This document shows positions 8,952 through 18,497 of a stretch of 64,000 nt of DNA, piece after piece. Source of the stretch: Alphaproteobacteria bacterium (GTDB taxonomy: Bacteria > Pseudomonadota > Alphaproteobacteria > UBA2136 > UBA6156). Each line of letters starts with the position of its first letter. Within the stretch, counting starts at the first letter, position 1. Position numbers and translations under genes: made by a program. The stretch is taken from positions 583 to 64,582 of the forward strand of contig JBAQUT010000021.1 in assembly GCA_049297695.1 (NCBI GenBank), read 5' to 3'. The notes beneath the pieces are model-generated. The model saw nothing but the letters and a program-made list of their open reading frames with translations. It ran no database searches and was not told the DNA's origin.

Positions 8952-11114
8952 TTATCTCTCTAAGCTCTGCCGTGCTTGTATATCCCGTCCTTTATCAATC
9001 TCTTCCCGAATCATATCCTTAAGACCACCTAACCATACCCATTCCGTTAGATTGGGATAGTTACGTTCGGTTGCCGTGGCAAGGAATGGGCGTGCGGCCA
9101 TAAAGACAGCTTCGCGCTGGGAGCGTTCACGCCAGTTGAACCCATAAAGCCGCTCATCTCCCTGTAAAGCATCAGGGCGGAATCTGGTACGGTCAATGCG
9201 CCCCAGCTCTAATTCCTTGGCTTTTTCTTTCCAATCTTTTTTACCCGTTATCCATGGAATGTAGGACTGGATAGCCTCGCCTTCCAATGGATGAGGTGCC
9301 CGACGCCATAATCCCTGAGCTTGCCGAAACGTAAAGCCCATTAGAGAGCCGTTCAACATATTTTCACACCATTCAACCGTTACTACTTTGGCCCAATCAT
9401 CCTTGGCAAAGTTGGGGGCGTGAATCACGTTAACGAGCTGCTGACGAAGCTCATCAGGAGCTTTATCAACATCAGCAAGTGGCTGACTTAAGTATTTTTC
9501 AATGGTAGCTTCGTCCACAAGTGCGACAATATGGCTTCCGTTGTACAGGCATGCACTCCCATAACCATGAACGCAGTGCCCTTGAATATCGGCTTGTTTT
9601 CTTAGCTCCAGCTCATCAAGAAGCGGGAACATCCACACCGCTTGACCGTCTTTATGGAATCGTCTGGGTGGTGCTATGGGGAGCCACATAGTCGGCGGGA
9701 CATACGTTTCATTTTCTCCATTACCCGTCCGAATAGCCTCTAACCTGTTACGGAACATGCGAAGTTGTTCTGGAATATGATAACGATGGCTAGCCTCCAA
9801 AACATCCCACATGCCGTATTCAGTCAGCATTTTTCCAAGAAGCTTATTTGTCAGCGTCTCCCAACCTACTGCTGGAATCTCACGCGCATGCAGGGAAGAG
9901 AGTACATTCACCTTAGGGCCAACAAGCCGCCCTAAAATACTGCTTTTCCAATCTTCAATATCCCTGACGTTTTCAGCGGTACCGAGGGCTTGCATCTTCG
10001 TTAAAACCTGTTGCCAACGGGACTTAGGGTCTTTGACGGCGGTGGCGGTTTCTTTCCAGCACTCACTCCAATCTTTGCCCGTCACATCAACAAAGGACTT
10101 GATATAACGCATGACAGAGGTAAATGCTGACCATTCTGCTGCTGTGGTTGGATACCATGTGGGGTCTATACCATTCAGAACATGGGCATAAAGACGTAGG
10201 TCATCGTGAGATAATCCTGCTGGAACGGGGCCACGTAATCCTAAAAACTGAACCGCTGTTTTACTGGGTGGCTCTTTGACAGTTTGCGCAAGAAGTCGGG
10301 CTACACCATCAAGCACCGATTTACCTTCATCCACGTCTTGCGAGACTTGAGGGAGAATGTGGACAAGGTGTGGTAAGGCGGTGCCCGCTTCCAAACGGTG
10401 TCGCCCGTAGGCAAGCCAACCGTAAATATCCCTGTTATCCAAGCCCTCATCCGTTAAAAATCGGACAATCTCAGGGTTTAGGCATTCCACAAATGCTTGG
10501 AACAAGGCACTTTTACGAACGGTTTCAACCTGCTTAAAAACATTAACAAGGTCTTCTTTCCCAGCAGCAAAGAGCCTCCTATCGCCATGTATGGTGCCTG
10601 CGGCGGCATCATGGCTACGCATATGCTCCTCTAACCATGTGACACCATACTCAACTAACCGACCAATATGGTTGTGCGTTGGGGCGTAGTGAGCGGTGGT
10701 GGAATGTTCCTGAACGAACAAGCCAAGTGCTGTTTGATGTTGTCCTGTGGCGTAAGCTCGCCCCATCACATCAAATCGCCCTTCAGCGATTTCTTCAACC
10801 AAGCCACGAAGTTCTGACCGATTCACTTTTACGCGCCCTGCATGGATTTTGCCATTTTGAGCTTCAACCAAAACTTCTATACGGTTTGGCCGTTTGCCTT
10901 GTGAGTACGTAAGACTTTGCGCCAAGACTGTCCGATGAGGTTTACGGTCTCCGTATGACACCAGAATATGGGGGGCTTTATTATCCCATGCGGTATCAAG
11001 TTTCAGGGCACGAACTTTATCGTCAGGTAAAAAAATGCCTCGGGATGCCAACCATGCCGTAACCCCTTTTTCCAGAAGGTTTGTTACAGGAGGGCGTACG
11101 ATTTTGTTTGGCAT
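8952..11114 (-). CDS. Large hypothetical protein, possible PcfJ-like domain (conserved GHC motif)
   Basis: 720 aa. ...ADIQGHCVHGYGSACLYNGSHIVALVD... carries a GHC motif described for the PcfJ family. No other recognisable catalytic motif. Island cargo. Confidence 0.45.
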   Translation of the reverse strand: MPNKIVRPPVTNLLEKGVTAWLASRGIFLPDDKVRALKLDTAWDNKAPHILVSYGDRKPHRTVLAQSLTYSQGKRPNRIEVLVEAQNGKIHAGRVKVNRSELRGLVEEIAEGRFDVMGRAYATGQHQTALGLFVQEHSTTAHYAPTHNHIGRLVEYGVTWLEEHMRSHDAAAGTIHGDRRLFAAGKEDLVNVFKQVETVRKSALFQAFVECLNPEIVRFLTDEGLDNRDIYGWLAYGRHRLEAGTALPHLVHILPQVSQDVDEGKSVLDGVARLLAQTVKEPPSKTAVQFLGLRGPVPAGLSHDDLRLYAHVLNGIDPTWYPTTAAEWSAFTSVMRYIKSFVDVTGKDWSECWKETATAVKDPKSRWQQVLTKMQALGTAENVRDIEDWKSSILGRLVGPKVNVLSSLHAREIPAVGWETLTNKLLGKMLTEYGMWDVLEASHRYHIPEQLRMFRNRLEAIRTGNGENETYVPPTMWLPIAPPRRFHKDGQAVWMFPLLDELELRKQADIQGHCVHGYGSACLYNGSHIVALVDEATIEKYLSQPLADVDKAPDELRQQLVNVIHAPNFAKDDWAKVVTVEWCENMLNGSLMGFTFRQAQGLWRRAPHPLEGEAIQSYIPWITGKKDWKEKAKELELGRIDRTRFRPDALQGDERLYGFNWRERSQREAVFMAARPFLATATERNYPNLTEWVWLGGLKDMIREEIDKGRDIQARQSLER

Positions 11115-11123
11115 GGAAAAATC

Positions 11124-11726
11124 CTATAGGGTTGCGTTTCTGTCGGGCAACTCAACCCCAAAAGTTTGAGCAACAACCTGCCCTACCTCAGCAGGGTTCA
11201 AGGCCGTACTGGCTGAGCGGCAAGGTACTTGGAAGAACATGTCCTGCTCCCATTCCCCACAATACGCAGCACAAGCCTGATACATACGGCTGGCAGGGGT
11301 ATAATCAGAGTTATTTAGTTGTGGCACCAGATACACTTCTTCTCGTTCAGCCTCCATGCCTCGCCTGTGTGGCAAAGCCTTCATCATTCGCAACGCGTTG
11401 GAGCTATTCAAAAAAGTAGTGATGTCAACAGGGTCGCCTTCTGCACGAACAGCCTGATACTGACGCAAAAAGGCCGTTACCGCCTTGGCTCCACCTAAGG
11501 GGACAAACACACGGGCTAAAACTCCATTTACAGCATTTTCTGCCTCGGCAAACTCCAAAAACTCCATCAGGGAAAGAGGGTTGATATGCCCTACCTGTGC
11601 CGTGTCCATCATGGACGCCAAGCCATCGGGGTCGTTGTAACGGTTAGCCAAAGGTGCGAAACGGGCCAACACGAACCTGTGTGGCATACCTTGAAGTTCA
11701 ATCAGGCGAATCGGTAGCATGTACAC
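11124..11726 (-). CDS. Hypothetical protein (island cargo)
   Basis: 200 aa. 9-bp gap to the downstream 720-aa gene. No recognisable motifs. Confidence 0.5.
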   Translation of the reverse strand: MYMLPIRLIELQGMPHRFVLARFAPLANRYNDPDGLASMMDTAQVGHINPLSLMEFLEFAEAENAVNGVLARVFVPLGGAKAVTAFLRQYQAVRAEGDPVDITTFLNSSNALRMMKALPHRRGMEAEREEVYLVPQLNNSDYTPASRMYQACAAYCGEWEQDMFFQVPCRSASTALNPAEVGQVVAQTFGVELPDRNATL

Positions 11727-11796
11727 CTCTCCTATTTGAGCGTTGCATACAACAATATCGCTAATAAAACAAGAGGAAATCTATTTTAATACTACA

Positions 11797-12591
11797 CTAA
11801 ATCCCCAACCCCATCTGGCCCGTTTGGGGAAGCTGAACAATCCCGTTGATAAGCCACGTATCTGGCCAGCGAGAATGGGTACCCATGGCAAAAAGAAGGC
11901 CCTTGGCAGGTAGCTCGTGCCCCCAGCGTTCCTTCATCATTTCAAGGGTTTTTTCTTTACCGTACAATCTTTCCCATTGGAAATAGGTTGCCTCGGTTTC
12001 CCAATCTTGGCAGGTGCCTTCACGTTCACCGTCAGCAATGATATATTTGTATTTGAAGCGGTAAGGGCATGGTTTGTAGGGCAGTACAGGTTTCATGAAA
12101 AGGTCAGCTTGTCTGGAATAAAGGTCAAACTTTTCCCGTTCCTCCTCATACTCAGCGGGAGATTTCTCCTCCACGATAAACCCCTTAATGGTCGGGCGAA
12201 TGAAGGCAAAACTTCGGCCAGCCTCCCGTTCTGCTACAAGGCTTGTTTTAACCATCGGGTCTATCAAGCCAAATCGCTGCGCTTCGGGCAGAGTTCCAAC
12301 AACGGCGAGAGATTGGTGCTCTACACGGCGACTTTCAAGGCGGGCATCGTCTTTGGGGGTTCGCCATTGATATTTCACAACATCCCAACGGCGGAACTGC
12401 TGGGCGGCGTCAAGACTACGGAAAGTAATCGGGTAAAGCCGTACCCAATGGCCATCACGGGTGATAGCAGCTGTACAAACGGTTTCACCATGCTTATCAC
12501 CCAACTGTGGGGCGGCTTTGACCATGATAATGGCCTCGTCCGTTTGAGGGTCAAGCAGCGAGGTGGTTTGGGATGATAAATGGTTGGCCAT
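11797..12591 (-). CDS. Hypothetical protein (island cargo)
   Basis: ORF 11797-12648. Start chosen at MANHLSS (12591), which overlaps the stop of the upstream DUF488 gene by 41 nt. No recognisable motifs. Confidence 0.45.
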   Translation of the reverse strand: MANHLSSQTTSLLDPQTDEAIIMVKAAPQLGDKHGETVCTAAITRDGHWVRLYPITFRSLDAAQQFRRWDVVKYQWRTPKDDARLESRRVEHQSLAVVGTLPEAQRFGLIDPMVKTSLVAEREAGRSFAFIRPTIKGFIVEEKSPAEYEEEREKFDLYSRQADLFMKPVLPYKPCPYRFKYKYIIADGEREGTCQDWETEATYFQWERLYGKEKTLEMMKERWGHELPAKGLLFAMGTHSRWPDTWLINGIVQLPQTGQMGLGI

Positions 12592-13069
12592 GCAACGAGA
12601 TTCCTGTATCAACAGTAAGATTATGCACTTGCATGCCCGTAAGTTCAAGGAGGTGGTTAGCTACAATGCTACGGTGGCATTCGCAATGATTATGTTCAAA
12701 ACACATAAGGCAGACGGGAGCTTTGCGGGCCATTTCGGCAGCAACATGTAAATCTGTCTGGGCGTATGGAGTTGTCATGTGTTGGCCGAAAATACGCCGA
12801 AACAGGCGATAATCTCCTGCACGGGCAGCCTCACGGCCCGCCTTTGGGTCTCCTAACCCGCGCAAGTGAACATAACGAATACCATTAGCCTCCAATGTGG
12901 CCTTCAAGATAGATTTTGAAAAGCCTTTCTTGCGGGAGAGAGGCATCTCACGAACATCCAACAGGGTATGTATCCCCGCATCTTGTAGGGTCAGCACAAA
13001 ATCCTCCACACGGGAGCCTTCGTAACCAATGGTGTAAAGCGTTTTTTCTAATGCCATGGCCAACAGCAT
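12551..13069 (-). CDS. DUF488-like protein with C-terminal Cys/His cluster
   Basis: 172 aa. N-terminus LYTIGYEGSRVEDFVLTLQDAGIHTLLDVREMPLSRKKGFSK matches the DUF488 signature. C-terminus CLMCFEHNHCECH suggests metal binding. Confidence 0.55.
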   Translation of the reverse strand: MLLAMALEKTLYTIGYEGSRVEDFVLTLQDAGIHTLLDVREMPLSRKKGFSKSILKATLEANGIRYVHLRGLGDPKAGREAARAGDYRLFRRIFGQHMTTPYAQTDLHVAAEMARKAPVCLMCFEHNHCECHRSIVANHLLELTGMQVHNLTVDTGISLHGQPFIIPNHLAA

Positions 13070-13195
13070 ACCCTAAACCACCCGTCATGGCATCCGTTTT
13101 CCTGATTCTATGCCGTGGGGTGTAGCACAAACTTACAACGCCATTTTTTCTTGACCAAAAAATGATACTAAGTATTTGAAACGAAATGATTTCGT

Positions 13196-15007
13196 TTAGG
13201 ATTTCTTATAGGGTTTGAGGTGTTTTGTCACGGCTTCAGGGTATGTGAGTTTACAGATGGCCTCGTGCAGTTTTTCCAGTGATATGTCATCGGTGTATCC
13301 TTCCGTTACCGAACCTGCGGTACTGTGGCCTAGGAGAGCTTGCACGGTATCCATGGGGATGCCACATTCACGGCGGCATGTGCTGGTAAACGTATGGCGA
13401 AAACTATGGAACACCAGCTTTCTGCGTTTAAGTTCAATGCCCTCAAGGTACGTACGAAAAAGTCTTGTAAAGTTTTGGGAATACGTGCCATCCCATCCAC
13501 GCTCAATCTCTTCAAAAATACGCTTGCGGCCTTGTTTGGTCATATCGGAAACAAAACGGGTTATACCCAGTTCAATCAGTTTGGGGTGGATGGGTATTAC
13601 GCGTTTGCTTGATGCACTTTTTATGCTCTTACCCTCAATACCGCCCTCATCATCGTTGACATCAAAATACCATATATCGTTAGCTTGCTTGATGTCTCCG
13701 ACAGCCATCTGGCAAATCTCACCTGACCGCATCCCCGTGTATAGGCTAATCAAAGGCACCCAATACAGTGCGTCCATGGTGATGGTATCGCCCTTTTTAT
13801 AACGGTATTGGTAGATTCCGTCTGGTTGGTGGCCTGTGTATTGAGGGGTGTTGAAAAACTTAACTAAATCGTCGGCTTTATAGGATTCACGTTTTTCATT
13901 CGATTTGGCTTTATCCATAGCCTCAAAAGTTGGCAAAACTTGACTGGCGGTACGCTCGCTGGTCATAAGCCACTTTTTAAAACTACGTAGGTTAACGTTA
14001 TATTTATCTTGGTTAGCAGGTGAAAAAGTGGGGAGCTTTTTGCCTGCCTCTAAAATCTCCGCCATGGGTTTGCCAGCGAGTTGTTTAAGTTTGGTGTAGT
14101 TTTTGGGCACTTGGCCAAGGTTGCTGGAAAACTCCATCAAGTGTTTGTTGGTAAACTGGTTCACTTGTTTGATGTTCGGGAACATCTCACGGAACAGGGT
14201 AAAGCAGGATTCAATATCCAGTACCGTTTTTATGTTTTTTCCTTTGTTTCGCTTCTCGGTGGCGTAGGCCTTCATGGCCTCCTCCAAGGTTTCAGACGTA
14301 TCATGCGCCTTGGCAGGTGGCGCAATGGTAGGCTGGGTATCAGGTGGAAGGACGTAGCGGGGTAAATGAATCTCGCCGTTGCTCAGGGTTTCTGGCATGG
14401 GGTGGATAATGTCCGTATCAATCCCTTGGAATACGGCATCATTTATTTTGGCCTCGGCATAATCGCCTTTGGCCTTGGCAAGGTAGATGCGGGCAGCTTC
14501 AATCTCGGCTTGGGTGAACAGCCTGTCCAGATAGTTTTCAAGCTCGCGCTCGCTGTCTACAAGTTTGGTGAGAATGAGTCTTTTCAGGTAGGAGCGCTGC
14601 TGGGTGTCGGGGGGCGTTTTCTGACGCAGCTTTTCGCGTTTGGCGGTGAGAGATTCCACCGTCTCGGCAACGTCTTCGGCGAGTTGTTCAGTATCAAACA
14701 CTTCAAGCCACATGTTACGTTCAGCTAACGTATCGGCAAAATGCTCACGCGCAATACGCTTGAGGGCCTTAACCACGTCTGGGTTGGAGAGCTGAAGGTC
14801 TACGTGAAGAAGTTGGGCCATGGCGATTTGGATCTTTGCTACAATGACTTTAGCAGCCCGACCATCGGTTGTCTTGAGGGAAATACATAAACTGATGCGG
14901 CGGGGGCATCCCTGCCGTTTGGGCAGCATGGCACGAAAGTAAAACTTCTGCCCGCGCTGGAAAAGGTACGGGGTTTTGGTGGCCTGTAACTGATAAACGT
15001 CTCCCAT
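13196..15007 (-). CDS. int: Tyrosine-type site-specific integrase
   Basis: C-terminal catalytic region with R...HSFRHTF...Y motifs. Start set at MGDVYQ (15005-15007) because the longer ORF runs into the tRNA. Adjacent to tRNA-Trp. Confidence 0.85.
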   Translation of the reverse strand: MGDVYQLQATKTPYLFQRGQKFYFRAMLPKRQGCPRRISLCISLKTTDGRAAKVIVAKIQIAMAQLLHVDLQLSNPDVVKALKRIAREHFADTLAERNMWLEVFDTEQLAEDVAETVESLTAKREKLRQKTPPDTQQRSYLKRLILTKLVDSERELENYLDRLFTQAEIEAARIYLAKAKGDYAEAKINDAVFQGIDTDIIHPMPETLSNGEIHLPRYVLPPDTQPTIAPPAKAHDTSETLEEAMKAYATEKRNKGKNIKTVLDIESCFTLFREMFPNIKQVNQFTNKHLMEFSSNLGQVPKNYTKLKQLAGKPMAEILEAGKKLPTFSPANQDKYNVNLRSFKKWLMTSERTASQVLPTFEAMDKAKSNEKRESYKADDLVKFFNTPQYTGHQPDGIYQYRYKKGDTITMDALYWVPLISLYTGMRSGEICQMAVGDIKQANDIWYFDVNDDEGGIEGKSIKSASSKRVIPIHPKLIELGITRFVSDMTKQGRKRIFEEIERGWDGTYSQNFTRLFRTYLEGIELKRRKLVFHSFRHTFTSTCRRECGIPMDTVQALLGHSTAGSVTEGYTDDISLEKLHEAICKLTYPEAVTKHLKPYKKS

Positions 15008-15111
15008 CCCCCCTCCTGCGTCACAAATCTTGCGCCGCCTGCGCCACAAAATCGTGGTGTTTGGGTGATTGGAGTAAAGTATCTTAATAGTTTGAATAAT
15101 ATAACAAATAT

Positions 15112-15187
15112 CTGGCAGGGGAGACAGGACTCGAACCTGCAACCAAAGGTTTTGGAGACCTCTACTCTACCAATTGAGCCACTCCCC
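15112..15187 (-). tRNA. trnW: tRNA-Trp (anticodon CCA)
   Basis: 76 nt. Acceptor stem AGGGGAG/CTCCCCT. Anticodon loop CTCCAAA. T-loop TTCGAGT. Discriminator G plus an encoded CCA. Confidence 0.85.
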
Positions 15188-15366
15188 TGTGGATGTGGGT
15201 ATGCCACGGTTTGGGGGTGGGGGTCAAGATACCCTGTGGCCTGTATGGAGTGCCTGCAAAAGCATCTGATTTTATACAGTTTAACCCAGCAAAACCGCCA
15301 CACGGGGTGCCTGTATTCGGGGCAGCGGCCTCGCCCCTTGCGCAAGGCTGGCGTAAGGTGGGGCCC

Positions 15367-16617
15367 ATGAGATTGCGCCACCACTTTGCCGCATGGGCGT
15401 TTGCCGTGGTGCTGGCGCTGCCTGTGCACGCGGCGGATTGGGGCCAAATGGCCATCGTCTCCAGCACGCTGGGGGTGGATGCAGGGCGGCTGTGCGTGGG
15501 AGCCAGTCAAGCAGGTAGGCCCTCCGACATGGGCTGCCCCACCTACGCGCCGTTTGTGAGCAGCGGAGGCCTTTTAACGGGAAGTACAGCGAGTTTTGGC
15601 GGGCTTACGGTGACGGGTTCGGCCAGTATGACCACCGTATCGGCCACCAACATTTCCGCCACCTATGTGGATGCCACCCGTAACGGCACAGTCAGCGCCA
15701 CCTACGGGTATTTTAGCCAGATTAGCGGAAGTATCCCCGCCAGCATGGTGACGGGGATGGATGCCGCGGCGCGTGGCGACCGTATCAGCACCACGGGTGT
15801 GGCCGATGGCAGTGGGCTGGCCATGGTGGCCACCGATGGGAACGTGATTAGCTTCACCACCAGCGGCGTGAACACCGCGTACTTGGATAGCAGCGGGCGC
15901 TACATTGGTCCTGGTGTGAGCATCACCACGTACAATGGTGTGAGCAGCACGAACGGGTATTTTAGCGGGAATGTGGGCATTGGGACGACGGCGCCGACGA
16001 AAGAAGGTTTGACGATTTCTGGTACCAGCACGCCGGGGTTGCGTGTTCAGGCGAGTAACGCGTGGGATTTCTTTACGTCGGCAGTAGGTGGTCGGCTTGG
16101 AATTTATGATGCCACGAATTCAAGAGAACTGATGACATTCAGGACATCTGGCAAAGTTGGTGTGTCAAACACGTCGCCAGTTGCACAATTTGATGTAACC
16201 GGCACCATTAGCGCCAGCGATATTGTACAGGTGGGGAGCACCACCACGATTGCCTGTGGCAGCGGGTTGGAGGGCGGTATCCGCTACACCAACGTGAGCG
16301 ATACCTTGCAGATTTGTACCAGCGGCGGATGGAAGAGTTTGGTGAGCGGCACGGTAGCTAATACGACCACAGGTACGGGCACAACCAACTATGTGGCCCG
16401 TTGGACAGGTACGAGCACGTTGGGGACAGGTATTTTATATGATGATGCCACCAATGTAGGGGTTGGAACTTCAACACCTACGGCCCGTTTGGAAGTTTCC
16501 GGTACCTTCCGCGTGGCCCGCAACACCACCAGCACGGACACGTGCGACGATGGATCGCTGGTGGGCACCATGCGCGCCAACCCCACCACGGGGATGATGG
16601 AGCTGTGCGCCCCGTAA
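15367..16617 (+). CDS. Secreted Gly/Ser/Thr-rich repeat protein (tail-fibre-like / adhesin-like)
   Basis: Signal peptide MRLRHHFAAWAFAVVLALPVHAADW. Repeated G-x-S/T and VGIGTTAP-type motifs typical of fibrous beta-structured proteins. C-terminal Cys pairs. Confidence 0.55.
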   Translation: MRLRHHFAAWAFAVVLALPVHAADWGQMAIVSSTLGVDAGRLCVGASQAGRPSDMGCPTYAPFVSSGGLLTGSTASFGGLTVTGSASMTTVSATNISATYVDATRNGTVSATYGYFSQISGSIPASMVTGMDAAARGDRISTTGVADGSGLAMVATDGNVISFTTSGVNTAYLDSSGRYIGPGVSITTYNGVSSTNGYFSGNVGIGTTAPTKEGLTISGTSTPGLRVQASNAWDFFTSAVGGRLGIYDATNSRELMTFRTSGKVGVSNTSPVAQFDVTGTISASDIVQVGSTTTIACGSGLEGGIRYTNVSDTLQICTSGGWKSLVSGTVANTTTGTGTTNYVARWTGTSTLGTGILYDDATNVGVGTSTPTARLEVSGTFRVARNTTSTDTCDDGSLVGTMRANPTTGMMELCAP

Positions 16618-16636
16618 GCGATGTTGGAACGGGTTT

Positions 16637-17815
16637 TTAAAGAACCTGCAACGGCGGCAAAGGTTTGCCTTGCAAGGCGTGCATCAACGCCGCGGCACCG
16701 CTGGCCACATGGGGCAGGTGGCGGCGCAGGTCGCCTTCACGCAGCACTTTTTGGAGTCCATCGCCCCCCACCACGCTGAAGGCTTGGCTGTGCAACACAG
16801 CGTTGGCAAGGCCCAGCGTACCTTCCTGAAACGCCTTATGCTCCACCGCGCCCATGCTGCCCAGCCATATCAGGCTGCCAGCCTGCTGGATAACCTTGCT
16901 CCACGTAGCTAACGTTTGCGGCCCAATGTCCATGGCCATGTCGGTATCCCGCAGTACCGTGGCGGGGCGAGTTTCCGGCGTTGCAAACCCGTGGCGTTGG
17001 GTTACGGTGAAATCCAGTGGCAACAGCAAACGGCACCCTAGCACGCCCGCTTCGGTAAAAATCTCGCGAGCTTCGTTCACGCAGTCGGGGTCTACCATGC
17101 TGTGGCCAAGGCCCATATCCCGGCTGGCCAAAAACGTGTGGGCCACCACGCCACCCAAAATCAGCGTGTCCACCTTGGTCATCAGGTGGCGTATCACTTC
17201 CAGCTTGTGGGGCACCTGCGCCCCCCCCAACATGCACACCAAGGGGCGGGCAGGGGTTTGGGTTAGGCGGTTCAGCCATTCCAGTTCCATCAACATGCGG
17301 GGGCCTAGAACACTCTCCGCCATGGTGGCGGCAAGGCCCGAAACACTGGCGTGCGGGCGGTGTGCCACGGCAAAGGCGTCGTTCACAAACACCTCGCCCA
17401 GGCTGGCCAGTTGTTTTACAAAACGGGGGTCGTTTATCTGCTCGCCCAAATGGAAACGGGTATTTTCTAACAGCAAAACTTCTCCTGCGCCCAGCTTGGC
17501 AACGGCCTGCTCGGCCACGCGGCCCACACAATCGGGCACAAAGCCTACGGGAGTGCCTAAAAGTTTGGAAAGGTGTTCAGCCAACGGCAAGGTAGAAAGG
17601 TTGGGTACTACCTGCCCCTGCGGCCGCCCCCGGTGGGTGAGCAACACCAAGCGGGCTTTACGCTTCAACAACGTTTGAATGGCAGGCAGGTGCACGTGCA
17701 AGCGGTAGTCATCCACCAACCCGCCCGTGGCCGTGGGGGGGATGTTGAAGTCCACGCGCATCAGCACCGCGCGGTTTTCTACGTTCACATCGGCAAGGGT
17801 GGGGTAGGGTTGCAT
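16637..17815 (-). CDS. pgk: Phosphoglycerate kinase
   Basis: 392 aa. N-terminal LMRVDFNIPP motif and overall PGK architecture. Confidence 0.85.
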   Translation of the reverse strand: MQPYPTLADVNVENRAVLMRVDFNIPPTATGGLVDDYRLHVHLPAIQTLLKRKARLVLLTHRGRPQGQVVPNLSTLPLAEHLSKLLGTPVGFVPDCVGRVAEQAVAKLGAGEVLLLENTRFHLGEQINDPRFVKQLASLGEVFVNDAFAVAHRPHASVSGLAATMAESVLGPRMLMELEWLNRLTQTPARPLVCMLGGAQVPHKLEVIRHLMTKVDTLILGGVVAHTFLASRDMGLGHSMVDPDCVNEAREIFTEAGVLGCRLLLPLDFTVTQRHGFATPETRPATVLRDTDMAMDIGPQTLATWSKVIQQAGSLIWLGSMGAVEHKAFQEGTLGLANAVLHSQAFSVVGGDGLQKVLREGDLRRHLPHVASGAAALMHALQGKPLPPLQVL

Positions 17816-17855
17816 GGTATTTAAAAACTTTGCCCGCGAAAATGCAGATTAGCAA

Positions 17856-17884
17856 TTGACCATGCGCCAGCCCTCTCTTAATGT
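17856..17884 (+). promoter_or_regulatory. Putative sigma70-like promoter TTGACC-N17-TAATGT upstream of the zapA operon
   Basis: Near-consensus -35/-10 elements with 17-nt spacing about 25 nt upstream of the coiled-coil gene. Confidence 0.25.
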
Positions 17885-17910
17885 AGTACATGAAGTGGGA
17901 AAGGGGACAC

Positions 17911-18204
17911 ACCATGAGCACACCGATGCTGGAACTGCCCAAACTGGCCGATACGCGCAGCACCCAACGCCTTTTAAATATTTTATCCCAACTGGAAGAA
18001 TCTACTGCCAACCGCTCCAGCCTTGCCACCTCTGTTGAAAACGGCGTGGTGGACATGAAGGTGGAAGGCGAGATTGCCCGCCTGCGCCGCGAGAACAAAG
18101 CCCTGAAAGCCAACATGAAGCAAGCGTTGGAGCGGATTGACGCCCTGATGGAGGCCATGACCCGTGAATCCCACACCCAACCCGCTGAGAGCATGGCGGC
18201 ATGA
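17911..18204 (+). CDS. Coiled-coil protein (ZapB-like / DUF4164-type, frequently paired with zapA)
   Basis: About 97 aa. Heptad-rich segment (EIARLRRENKALKANMKQALERIDAL). Stop overlaps the zapA start. Confidence 0.5.
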   Translation, partial: TMSTPMLELPKLADTRSTQRLLNILSQLEESTANRSSLATSVENGVVDMKVEGEIARLRRENKALKANMKQALERIDALMEAMTRESHTQPAESMAA

Positions 18205-18488
18205 CGAACATGCTGAGCATCACCTTGGGCGGCAAAACCTACCGCTTGGCCGTGCCCACAACCGAAGAAGCCAAAGTGAACAATCTGGCCGCCCATGTGG
18301 ACAGCCTGATGCAGGATATCCGCAAGGCCGACCCCTCGATGGATAGGGACAACATGTGGGCGCTGGTGGCCCTGCAACTGGCCTCCCAAGCCACCGAAGC
18401 CATGGGCAAGCTGGACGAGCAGGGGCACAGCGTGATGCAGTTCCACCGAGCTGTGGCGCTGAAATTAGAAGCGCTGTTGCCTCAATAG
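18201..18488 (+). CDS. zapA: Cell division protein ZapA
   Basis: 95 aa. LSITLGGKTYRLAVPTTEE...ALVALQLA pattern typical of ZapA. Conserved zapA-ygfA neighbourhood. Confidence 0.75.
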   Translation: MTNMLSITLGGKTYRLAVPTTEEAKVNNLAAHVDSLMQDIRKADPSMDRDNMWALVALQLASQATEAMGKLDEQGHSVMQFHRAVALKLEALLPQ

Positions 18489-18497
18489 AAGTTGTTG

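Larger units (their letters stand above)
4442..15128. mobile_element. tRNA-Trp-integrated genomic island (about 10.7 kb): integrase + serine recombinase + Rep-like + cargo
   Basis: Bounded by 17-bp direct repeats. Tyrosine integrase lies adjacent to the tRNA. GC is lower than the flanks. All ORFs are co-oriented on the minus strand. Confidence 0.65.

Noticed and set aside
15008-15142. N-terminal 45 codons of the integrase ORF as listed (MQVRVLSPLPD...)
   Set aside because: This stretch overlaps the tRNA-Trp gene itself. An internal Met at 15005-15007 gives a normal-length integrase, so the upstream extension is not coding.
15193-15366. Upstream extension of the secreted repeat protein ORF
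   Set aside because: The extension is antisense to the tRNA and the att region and lacks a signal peptide. The Met at 15367 begins a canonical Sec signal.
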